The translations under genes were made by a program, and so were the position numbers. Shown here one piece after another: positions 33,126 to 41,758 of a stretch of 60,544 nt of DNA. Under the pieces are notes generated by a model. It worked only from the letters and a program-made list of their open reading frames with translations, ran no database searches and was not told the origin of the DNA. The stretch comes from an uncultured Pelagibacteraceae bacterium (GTDB taxonomy: Bacteria > Pseudomonadota > Alphaproteobacteria > Pelagibacterales > Pelagibacteraceae), in contig CACPQV010000001.1 of assembly GCA_902636165.1 (NCBI GenBank), positions 1 through 60,544 on the forward strand. The letters run 5' to 3'. Every line of letters begins with the position of its first letter. Position 1 is the first letter of the stretch.

Positions 33126-34496
33126 TTGTCACAATCTTTCAAATTAACTAAAGATCCAATATGGTTTTTATTGAGAAAAGTTACTATTCCAGCAAGTGTT
33201 GGCTCATTATTTCAAACCTTTTATAATCTGGTAGACACATGGTTTGCAGGAAGAATATCTGCTGAAGCAATAGCAGCGATTGCAAAATCTTTTCCAATTT
33301 ATTTTACTATTATTGCAATAGGTGTAGGATTAACCGCTGGAACAAATACTTTAATAGGTAATAATTTAGGTGCTAACAATAAGAGGAAGGCATCACTATT
33401 TGTTGCTCAATCAATTATTTTTGCAATATTTTTATCCATACTAGTTACTTTTTTTGGTTTGAATGTTTCAGATTTTTTACTTTCTCTTATGGGATCAGAC
33501 CAAGAGGCAATTCTATTAACTAGAAAATATCTAGATGTAATTTTTTATGGAACTATAATTGTTTTGATACAAATTTCCTTGAATGGAACACTAAATGCGC
33601 AAGGGGATACAAAAAGTTACAGAAACGTTTTAATTTTTAGTTTCTTTTTAAATATTATTTTAAATCCATTATTTATTTTTGGTTATGGTTTTATCCCAGC
33701 ATTTGGTATAGCTGGACTTGCAATAGCTACTGTGGTGGCTCAGTTTATTGGTCTTTTATATTTGGCATATAAAGTTTATTGTTGTGAATTAAAACAGTAT
33801 CTTAAGCCTGAGTGTTTTATTCCAAAATTTGATCTTCTAGGAGAACTTTTGTATCAGACAATTCCTGTAATGTTTAGCATGTTGTTAATTGGTGTAGGTT
33901 TATTCAATATCCTTTACTTCATTGGTCAATTTGGAGACTTGGCAACTGCTGGTTATGGTGCTGCTTTAAGAATTGAACAAGTTTTTTTACTTCCTGTAAT
34001 TGGATTAAATACGGCAGTATTATCTATAGGGGGACAAAATTTTGGTGCAAAAAATTATGATAGATTAAGAGAATTATATAAAAAAGCTCTTTTGTTTGGA
34101 TCATCCTTTATGATCTGTGCAGGTATAATAATTTTTTTTGGTGCAGAGTTTTTAGTATCATTATTTACGGACAACTCTGAGGCTATTAAGCACGGCGCAA
34201 TTTATCTAAAAGTTGCAGCATTAATCGGCCCAATTTATCCAGTCTTTTTCATAACAACTGCCTTATTCCAAGCAGTTAAAAAACCATTGTATAGTCTTTA
34301 TTTAAGTATTCTAAGGTTAACAGCCTTACCATTTATAAGTTTATGGTACGTAATTAATATTAAAGGAGGTGATTACGAGGATATTTTTTATACAATTTTA
34401 GTAACAAATTGGTTTATGGGAATTGCAGTTCTAATATTTATTGGGTATTTTTTGAATAATGTTTTCAAACAAAATAAAAGTCTTTTTACTTACTAG
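33126..34496 (+). CDS. MATE-family efflux transporter
   Basis: YNLVDTWFAG, GDTK, NIILNPLFI, GIAGLAIAT, GQNFGAK; TTG start preceded by AAGGA. Confidence 0.93.
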   Translation: MSQSFKLTKDPIWFLLRKVTIPASVGSLFQTFYNLVDTWFAGRISAEAIAAIAKSFPIYFTIIAIGVGLTAGTNTLIGNNLGANNKRKASLFVAQSIIFAIFLSILVTFFGLNVSDFLLSLMGSDQEAILLTRKYLDVIFYGTIIVLIQISLNGTLNAQGDTKSYRNVLIFSFFLNIILNPLFIFGYGFIPAFGIAGLAIATVVAQFIGLLYLAYKVYCCELKQYLKPECFIPKFDLLGELLYQTIPVMFSMLLIGVGLFNILYFIGQFGDLATAGYGAALRIEQVFLLPVIGLNTAVLSIGGQNFGAKNYDRLRELYKKALLFGSSFMICAGIIIFFGAEFLVSLFTDNSEAIKHGAIYLKVAALIGPIYPVFFITTALFQAVKKPLYSLYLSILRLTALPFISLWYVINIKGGDYEDIFYTILVTNWFMGIAVLIFIGYFLNNVFKQNKSLFTY

Positions 34497-34938
34497 TATT
34501 TGTCTAATATTTTTCTTTGTCACATACCTTGATGTAAAATCTAGTGGAATTAAAGTTGTAGATGGAGATACTATTCATTTAAACAATGAAAAAATTCGTT
34601 TTAGTGGCATTGATACTCCTGAAATTAAACAAATTTGTAATAAGAATAATGAAGTTATCGAGTGTGGGATCCAAGCAAAACAATTACTTATTAAAAAGAT
34701 AGGTAAAAACAAAGTAAAATGCGTTAAGGAGGGTATAGATAGATATAAGAGAATTTTAGCTGAATGTTTTGTAAATAATCAAAGTCTATCTAAGTATCTT
34801 GTTCGAGAGGGTTATGCTTTTGCTTACAGAAAATATTCAACAAAATACATCCCAGATGAGGATTATGCTAAAAAAAATAAAAAAGGTATGTGGTCAATGA
34901 CTTTTGAATATCCTTGGGACTATAGAAGAAAAAATTAA
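34459..34938 (+). CDS. Thermonuclease (SNase-like) family, exported
   Basis: N-terminal hydrophobic signal; VVDGDT, IRFSGIDTPE, DRYKRIL, GMW. Confidence 0.9.
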   Translation: MFSNKIKVFLLTSICLIFFFVTYLDVKSSGIKVVDGDTIHLNNEKIRFSGIDTPEIKQICNKNNEVIECGIQAKQLLIKKIGKNKVKCVKEGIDRYKRILAECFVNNQSLSKYLVREGYAFAYRKYSTKYIPDEDYAKKNKKGMWSMTFEYPWDYRRKN

Positions 34939-35666
34939 TCTTTTTGTAATTTTTTTTCTAATTTTCTAACAAGATAAGAAACAATTAGTATTAAGACTAA
35001 ATATTCAAGAATTAGAAATGTATATATTTCTAGTGGCCGATAAGTTGTCACAACTAATTCGTTTGCTTTTCTAGTTAAATCTCCAATACCAATTATCGAT
35101 ACAAGAGAGGACATTTTAAGAACATATACAAATTGATTACCAATAGCTGGTAAAATATTCTTTATTGCCTGAGGTAGAATTACTAATCTTAATTTTCTAA
35201 AAAAACTTAATCCTAAAGAGCTTCCAGCCTCCCATTGTGATTTTTTGATTGAATTAATTCCTGCTCTAAATATTTCTGCTTGGAAAGCACTTTCGCTAAT
35301 TGACAGCGCTATGATACCAGAAACGAATGGACTTAAACTTATACCCGTCATGATTGGAAGACCATAATAAATCCATAAAATTAAAACTAGCAAAGGAATT
35401 GCTCTTACAATTTCAACATAGCCAATATTAAGGTAGGTTAAGAATTTACTTTTAGCAAGTGATGGAATAGCAACTAAAAGACCTAGAATAATTGAGATAA
35501 TGATTGAGACTATGCTAATATAAATAGTAGTTGTCAAACCACTTAGTAAAAACTTAAGATTAGTTAACCCCTCAAAGTTGTTTGGTGATAAGATTAACCA
35601 GTTTAATTCACTTTTACCGCACGACGTTAATGGAAAAATTAAAATTAATAAAAATAGATTTTTCAC
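34935..35666 (-). CDS. Polar amino-acid ABC transporter permease
   Basis: RAIPLLV, AEIFRAGI, QWEAGSSLG (EAA loop), ILPQA; GTG start. Confidence 0.93.
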   Translation of the reverse strand: MKNLFLLILIFPLTSCGKSELNWLILSPNNFEGLTNLKFLLSGLTTTIYISIVSIIISIILGLLVAIPSLAKSKFLTYLNIGYVEIVRAIPLLVLILWIYYGLPIMTGISLSPFVSGIIALSISESAFQAEIFRAGINSIKKSQWEAGSSLGLSFFRKLRLVILPQAIKNILPAIGNQFVYVLKMSSLVSIIGIGDLTRKANELVVTTYRPLEIYTFLILEYLVLILIVSYLVRKLEKKLQKD

Positions 35667-35707
35667 TCTTTAACTTATAAAGAATAAAAAATTAATTACT
35701 AATTTTT

Positions 35708-36475
35708 TTATAAGCTCTTTAGATTATATTTAGCTAATAACTTGGTGAAGAAGCCTGAAGATTTTTTGTCTTTAATCCATTTATTGACATAATCATTCCA
35801 CTTAGTATCACCTTTTGGTACCATCATTGCTAAAAATGCTGGATTTTTTCCACCATCTGGAACGATTGCCAACTGAGGATACTTAATAACCAATTTATTT
35901 GCCTCTGTTGAACTTGTAATATTACCATCAGCTCTACCTGCCAAGACTTCTTGAAAGTCTCTTGCTGGTGCTTCAATTGAGTTTAATTTTGATTTTGGGA
36001 AAAATTCTTTTGCCTTTTCCTCTTGAGAAGTACCAAGAGTAGTTGCGATTGTTACATTTGAATTATTAAGCGAGTCCCAAGTTGGAAATTTTTTTAAGTT
36101 CTTTTTGAGAACAAGTGGCACTGTAGCATATTTGTAATAGGTATCGGTAAAACCAGCTACTTCAGCTCTCTTTGGCGTTTTTGTAACACTAGTTGAGATA
36201 TCATATCTTGCAGATGTTATTCCTGAAACAATAGTTTTCCATTCTGCAGGTACAAACTCAATTTTTACACCCATATCTTTAGCTAATTGATTCATTACAT
36301 CGATATCAAAACCTTTATATTTGTTGGTTGCAGGATCTTTGACTGTCATAGGATCCCAATCTCCAGTAGTACCAACTTTAAGTACTCCAGAAGACAAAAT
36401 TTTATCTAGATTAGACTCTGCGTTTAATGAGAAGGGTAAAAGAGCAAATAATGCTACTAAGAATAATTTTTTCAT
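35708..36475 (-). CDS. Family-3 periplasmic solute-binding protein (cyclohexadienyl dehydratase-related clade)
   Basis: signal peptide; [17 protein letters not shown]; adjacent to a permease. Confidence 0.85.
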   Translation of the reverse strand: MKKLFLVALFALLPFSLNAESNLDKILSSGVLKVGTTGDWDPMTVKDPATNKYKGFDIDVMNQLAKDMGVKIEFVPAEWKTIVSGITSARYDISTSVTKTPKRAEVAGFTDTYYKYATVPLVLKKNLKKFPTWDSLNNSNVTIATTLGTSQEEKAKEFFPKSKLNSIEAPARDFQEVLAGRADGNITSSTEANKLVIKYPQLAIVPDGGKNPAFLAMMVPKGDTKWNDYVNKWIKDKKSSGFFTKLLAKYNLKSL

Positions 36476-36509
36476 ATTTTTATTTAACTTATTTGAGATC
36501 TAAATGTGA

Positions 36510-37073
36510 CTATAATCTTGACGCACTATCATTCATCCATGAGAATAAATGCTCAGAAAATGAGCGTCTTACAAACAAATTTACATCATTTTTATTTTGA
36601 TTATGAATGATTACATCTATTTTTGCGAGAATTGTTTGGGTCACTGAGCCAATTTTACCCTTAAAATCATTAAAATTAAAAGGAGAGCCTGTTTGAAACA
36701 AATCATATATCTTATCCCCTTTGAGATTAATCCTCACGAATTGATCTGTGACATCCACTACAGCTCCTAAATTTAATTTAGATATGTTTTTATTCAAAAG
36801 TGTTTCAGTTTCATAAGAATTTGTATTTTTTTTAACAACGCCATTTGAAAAAATCATCCATTCATCAGGACTTAACCATAGAGCAGTCAATTTTTCACTT
36901 TGAGTGGAAGTATTTGCTTTTGTAGGCAAAACTATATTTAAAGATTTACCAACAGCTGATAAAAATTCTCTTTTTTTACCTCTTACTATCAATTTCATAA
37001 CAGGTTTAACCTCATTTATTTGTAGACCTTGATATGATTTTTCCTCTTTAATTGTATGATTATAATTTAGCAT
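36510..37073 (-). CDS. soxG: Sarcosine oxidase subunit gamma
   Basis: WLSPDEW, VDVT, VRRSFSEHL; last gene of the BDAG order. Confidence 0.9.
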   Translation of the reverse strand: MLNYNHTIKEEKSYQGLQINEVKPVMKLIVRGKKREFLSAVGKSLNIVLPTKANTSTQSEKLTALWLSPDEWMIFSNGVVKKNTNSYETETLLNKNISKLNLGAVVDVTDQFVRINLKGDKIYDLFQTGSPFNFNDFKGKIGSVTQTILAKIDVIIHNQNKNDVNLFVRRSFSEHLFSWMNDSASRL

Positions 37074-40071
37074 TTAATCTTTCACCTTCTTTATCAAAAA
37101 AAACTGGATCAGCTACAGTTACATTAATATTCTTATTTTCCATTGGTATGATCAATTTTTGCCCCAACATGTTTTTTCCACCTTTTACAACACCTAATGC
37201 GATCGACTTTTTTAAATTTGGGCTGTAATAACTCGAGGTTACATGGCCAAGCATTTCAATAGGTGATTTTTTTATATCAGCAACTATCTGTGCGCCTTCT
37301 TCCAAAACTTCCTCAGGATTTTCTGTCAATAAACCAACTAATTGTTTTCTATCTTCTCTAATAGTATCAGATCTATATAATGATCTTTTTCCAATAAAAT
37401 CATATTTCTTTTTGCTTACTATCCACTCCATCTGTAAATCAATTGGTGTTAGTGTTGCATCAGTGTCTTGACCAACTATTATAAAACCTTTTTCTGCTCT
37501 TAATAAGTGCATCGTTTCAGTTCCATAGGGCGTTATATTAAAATCTTTACCTGCTTCCATACATTTTTCCCAAACAGATTTACCAAAGTTTGCTTGGATA
37601 TTAATTTCATAGCTATGTTCCCCAGTAAAACTAATTCTCATTACTCGACATTTAATGTTGTCTATTTCTGCATTTTTGAATGACATATGTGGAAAATTTT
37701 CATCAGAAAAATCTAAATCAGGAATAACTTTTGAAACAATTTTTTTACTATTAGGTCCACAAACACTTATTGTAGCATAATGATCAGTTACAGAAGATAG
37801 ATAGACATCCAATTCAGGCCATTCTGTTTGAAGATAATCTTCAAGTTTTCCTAAAACGTTAGCCGCTCCACCAGTAGTAGTAGTCATTATATAATGATTT
37901 TCACCCAATCTAGTTGTAACACCATCATCATAAACCATTCCATCTTCATTTAGCATTAAACCATAACGACATTTACCCACTGCTAGTTTTGACCAAGCGT
38001 TAGTATAAACACGATTTAAAAATTCTGAGGCATCAGTACCTTGAATATCAATCTTTCCTAATGTAGATGCATCTAGAATACCTGCTGAGTCTCTTGCAGC
38101 TTTACTTTCTCTTTGTACTGCTTGATGCATATTTTCATTATCCTTTGGATAGTACCAAGCTCTTTTCCATTGACCAACGTTTTCAAATTCAGCGTTGTTG
38201 GCAACATGCCAATCATGCATCGGAGTACGTCTAAATATATCAAAAAATTCTCCTACATTTCTTCCAACAATAGTTCCAAAAGTAAGAGGTGTATAAGGAG
38301 GTCTAAAAGTTGTAGTTCCGTGTTCACCCATTTTAGTTCCTGCTGTTTCTGAGATAATTCCAAGAGCATGCATATTACCAAGTTTACCCTGATCAGTTCC
38401 CATACCAGTAGTAGTGTATCTTTTTACATGTTCTATAGATCTAAAACCTTCTCTTAAAGCTAATTTAATATCTTTTGCAGTTGCATCGTTTTGATAATCA
38501 ACAAAAGATTTAGTTTTCCCTATGGATTTATCAGATGGTAATAACCAAATATTTCTCTTTGATTGATTTAAACCTGAGATTGTTTCAACAGTTTTGTATT
38601 CAGAATTATCAATATCAAGAAACTTTTTAATAGAAGACAAGGTATTTTTTATTATTTCCTCTAAACCAAAGTCTCCATTACAAGATCCAATACTTATTTG
38701 ATCTGAAGGATAAACATTAGGTATAAATACTTGGTCTTTTTCTCTAAATTTTAATTTACCTCCTGATTGTGTAAACAAGTGTACTGCTGGGGTCCAACCA
38801 CCAGATATACCTAAACAATCACAATTCAGTTTTGTTTTGTCACCAATTACTGTTTGACTATCTTTTGAAAGTTTCATAATGGATATTTTATTAATTCTTC
38901 TATATCCGTAAGTATCAACGACAGTATAACCTTTATAAATTTTAATATTATTTTTCTCAACTTCGTAAGAAATTTTAGAGTCAATTTGTTCTCTATTATC
39001 AATTATTGCATTAATTTTAATTCCTCTTTGAATTAAACTCATGGCTGTTTCATATGCCGTATCGTTATTGGTAAAAAGAATATTATTTTCACCACATGCC
39101 ACACCATATAAATCAATATATTTTTTAATTGCTGAAGATAACATTATCCCTGGACGATCATTATTATCAAATATCAAAGGTCTTTCTATAGAGCCAGTTG
39201 CTGTGATTACCTTTTTAGCTCTAATTTTTAATAATCTTTGTCTTACTTTATTTTCTCTTTGATTAATCGGTAAATGATCAGTGAGATTTTCACGAGCCAA
39301 TAGAAAGTTGTATCCATGGAATGCTGCAACGCTTGTTCTTGTATTTATTTCTAAATTTTCTAATTTAGATATTTCGTTGATTTCTTTTTCTAACCATGAA
39401 CTTACTAATTGATTATTAATCTTTGAAAATTCTGAGTTATCATAAATAGAAGATCCCCCCAAATAAGATTTTTCATCAACTAAAAGAGTCTTAAAACCAT
39501 TTTTAGCAGCCATTTTAGCTGCCATAATTCCTGATATACCTGCTCCGATAACTAAAACATCACAATGAATATATTTATGTTCATATATGTCTGGATCAGC
39601 TACTTTAGGTGATTTACCTAAACCCGCAGATTTTCTAATAAAGTATTCATACTTTTCCCAAAAACTTGCAGGCCACATAAAAGTTTTATAATAAAAACCT
39701 GCAGGTAAGATAGGTGATAATAGATTATTAATTCCTCCAATATCAAAATTAACGCTAGGCCAACAATTTTGACTTGATGCAACTAAACCTTCATATATTT
39801 CTACTTCTGTAGCTCTTACATTAGGTTCAGTTCTTGAGGAATTATCATGTAATTGAATTATTGCATTAGGTTCTTCAGAACCAGACGTCATAATTCCACG
39901 GGGTCTATGATATTTAAAACTTCGTCCTACAAGATGAATGCCATTAGCCAATAAAGCTGATGCTAGAGTATCACCTTTAAAACCAAAATATGTTTTGTTA
40001 TTAAATTTAAAAGAAACCCGATAAGTTTCATCAATGAATTTACTTGTTTTAAATCTTAAATTATTAGTCAT
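37060..40071 (-). CDS. soxA: Sarcosine oxidase subunit alpha
   Basis: GDTLASALLANG, RSFKYHRPRG, KRYTTTGMGTDQGK, C-terminal GcvT-like folate domain; 1003 aa. Confidence 0.95.
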   Translation of the reverse strand: MTNNLRFKTSKFIDETYRVSFKFNNKTYFGFKGDTLASALLANGIHLVGRSFKYHRPRGIMTSGSEEPNAIIQLHDNSSRTEPNVRATEVEIYEGLVASSQNCWPSVNFDIGGINNLLSPILPAGFYYKTFMWPASFWEKYEYFIRKSAGLGKSPKVADPDIYEHKYIHCDVLVIGAGISGIMAAKMAAKNGFKTLLVDEKSYLGGSSIYDNSEFSKINNQLVSSWLEKEINEISKLENLEINTRTSVAAFHGYNFLLARENLTDHLPINQRENKVRQRLLKIRAKKVITATGSIERPLIFDNNDRPGIMLSSAIKKYIDLYGVACGENNILFTNNDTAYETAMSLIQRGIKINAIIDNREQIDSKISYEVEKNNIKIYKGYTVVDTYGYRRINKISIMKLSKDSQTVIGDKTKLNCDCLGISGGWTPAVHLFTQSGGKLKFREKDQVFIPNVYPSDQISIGSCNGDFGLEEIIKNTLSSIKKFLDIDNSEYKTVETISGLNQSKRNIWLLPSDKSIGKTKSFVDYQNDATAKDIKLALREGFRSIEHVKRYTTTGMGTDQGKLGNMHALGIISETAGTKMGEHGTTTFRPPYTPLTFGTIVGRNVGEFFDIFRRTPMHDWHVANNAEFENVGQWKRAWYYPKDNENMHQAVQRESKAARDSAGILDASTLGKIDIQGTDASEFLNRVYTNAWSKLAVGKCRYGLMLNEDGMVYDDGVTTRLGENHYIMTTTTGGAANVLGKLEDYLQTEWPELDVYLSSVTDHYATISVCGPNSKKIVSKVIPDLDFSDENFPHMSFKNAEIDNIKCRVMRISFTGEHSYEINIQANFGKSVWEKCMEAGKDFNITPYGTETMHLLRAEKGFIIVGQDTDATLTPIDLQMEWIVSKKKYDFIGKRSLYRSDTIREDRKQLVGLLTENPEEVLEEGAQIVADIKKSPIEMLGHVTSSYYSPNLKKSIALGVVKGGKNMLGQKLIIPMENKNINVTVADPVFFDKEGERLNAKL

Positions 40072-40072
40072 T

Positions 40073-40348
40073 TTACTTTACTGGTGGTTTTTCACCCATT
40101 TTGTATACAGCTTTTATTTGGTCGTTTGACGTATCCCTAACCATATTGAACCATTTCCTGCAACCATGTACATGATTCCATCTTTCAAATTGAATTCCTT
40201 TTATATTTTTTCTCATGAACAAATATTCTGCCCATTCATCATCACTTAGTTCTGTAGGTTGTTTTGGTCTTACAATATGTGCTTCACCACCAGCTTTAAA
40301 TTCGCTTTGTTCTCTCTCACCGCAAAAAGGACAATTAATTAAAAACAT
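40073..40348 (-). CDS. soxD: Sarcosine oxidase subunit delta
   Basis: CPFCG..EF, W.H..GCRKWF Zn motif. Confidence 0.95.
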   Translation of the reverse strand: MFLINCPFCGEREQSEFKAGGEAHIVRPKQPTELSDDEWAEYLFMRKNIKGIQFERWNHVHGCRKWFNMVRDTSNDQIKAVYKMGEKPPVK

Positions 40349-41601
40349 TAGTGTGCAACAGCGGCTGCACCATGTTCATCAACTAGATCACCACTTACAA
40401 ATCTATTTAAATTAAAGGCAGCATTTAATTTATGAGGTTCGTCATTAGCAATTGTGTGAGCAAATAAATCCCCTGAGCCAGGTGTAGCTTTAAAACCTCC
40501 TGTTCCCCAACCACAATTAAAATACAAACCCTTTATTGATGTTTTGCTTATTATTGGACTTGCATCAGGACATATATCAACTATTCCACCCCACTGACGA
40601 AGCATTCTCATTCTACTAAATATTGGATATAATTCTAAAATTGCATTTAAAGTTCCTTCAACAATATCATGACTTCCTTTTTGAGAGTATGATACATAAT
40701 CATCAGTTCCTGCTCCAATAACCAATTCTCCCTTATCAGATTGGCTTACATATGCATGAACAGCGTTAGACATTACAACCGTATCTATTATCGGTTTTAC
40801 TGGTTCAGACACTAAAGCTTGAAGTGGTTTGCTTTCCAAAGGTAATTTTAATCCAGCCATATTCGCTATAACACTAGAGTGACCAGCGGCTACAACTCCA
40901 ACTTTTTTTGTTTTAATAAATCCTTTAGTTGTTTCAATTCCCTCAACACTATCACCATTTCTTTTTATTCCTTTAACCTCACAATTTTGAATTATATCAA
41001 CACCCATTTCATCAGCACCTCGAGCATAACCCCATGCAACAGCATCATGACGTGCAGTTCCAGCTCTACGTTGAAGAGTTCCACCCAAAACTGGATAACG
41101 AATATCTTGTGATGTATTTATTATTGGACAAAATTTTTTAACCTGTTCAGTATTAAGATAAATAGCATCGATACCATTTAATCTATTTGCGTGAGTTCTT
41201 CTTTTAAGATCTCTGACATCTTGTAAATTGTGTGCAAGATTCATTACACCACGTTGGCTAAACATAACATTATAATTTAATTCCTGTGATAAACTCTCCC
41301 AAATTTTTAAAGCATGATCATAAAGACCTGCGCTTGCGTCCCACAAATAATTAGATCTAATAATTGTGGTATTTCTTCCAGTGTTTCCACCGCCGATCCA
41401 ACCTTTTTCTACTACTGCTATATTTTTTATATTATGTTTTTTCGCTAAATAATAAGCTGTAGCCAGACCGTGACCTCCACCTCCAACTATTACAGCATCG
41501 TACTCTTTTTTGGGCTCAGGGTCTTTCCAAGCTTTTTCCCAGTTTTCATGATATGAAAAAGCATTTTTAACTAGTGAAAATATAGAGTACTTATTTTTCA
41601 T
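40348..41601 (-). CDS. soxB: Sarcosine oxidase subunit beta
   Basis: [41 protein letters not shown]. Confidence 0.95.
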   Translation of the reverse strand: MKNKYSIFSLVKNAFSYHENWEKAWKDPEPKKEYDAVIVGGGGHGLATAYYLAKKHNIKNIAVVEKGWIGGGNTGRNTTIIRSNYLWDASAGLYDHALKIWESLSQELNYNVMFSQRGVMNLAHNLQDVRDLKRRTHANRLNGIDAIYLNTEQVKKFCPIINTSQDIRYPVLGGTLQRRAGTARHDAVAWGYARGADEMGVDIIQNCEVKGIKRNGDSVEGIETTKGFIKTKKVGVVAAGHSSVIANMAGLKLPLESKPLQALVSEPVKPIIDTVVMSNAVHAYVSQSDKGELVIGAGTDDYVSYSQKGSHDIVEGTLNAILELYPIFSRMRMLRQWGGIVDICPDASPIISKTSIKGLYFNCGWGTGGFKATPGSGDLFAHTIANDEPHKLNAAFNLNRFVSGDLVDEHGAAAVAH

Positions 41602-41664
41602 TATTTAGAATAATTACTTTATAAATATTGATTATTCAATACAATCAGAAGTGACAAATTTCCT

Positions 41665-41756
41665 GGAAGAGTGGGTGAGAGGCTTAAACCAGTCGTTTGC
41701 TAAATGACCGTGCGAGGAAACTTGTACCGAGGGTTCGAATCCCTCCTCTTCCGCCA
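41665..41756 (+). tRNA. tRNA-Ser(GCT)
   Basis: Acceptor GGAAGAG/CTCTTCC, G discriminator, encoded CCA; anticodon arm GTCGT-TTGCTAA-ATGAC; long variable arm; GGTTCGAATCC T-loop. Confidence 0.96.
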
Positions 41757-41758
41757 TT

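Noticed and set aside
41602-41664. Glycine or other riboswitch ahead of soxB (also considered ahead of glyA and the rib genes)
   Set aside because: Intergenic gaps are too short and AT-rich, with no aptamer consensus.
41665-41756. tRNA-Ser as attachment site of a genomic island
   Set aside because: No integrase, no duplicated tRNA 3' end seen, and core genes on both sides.
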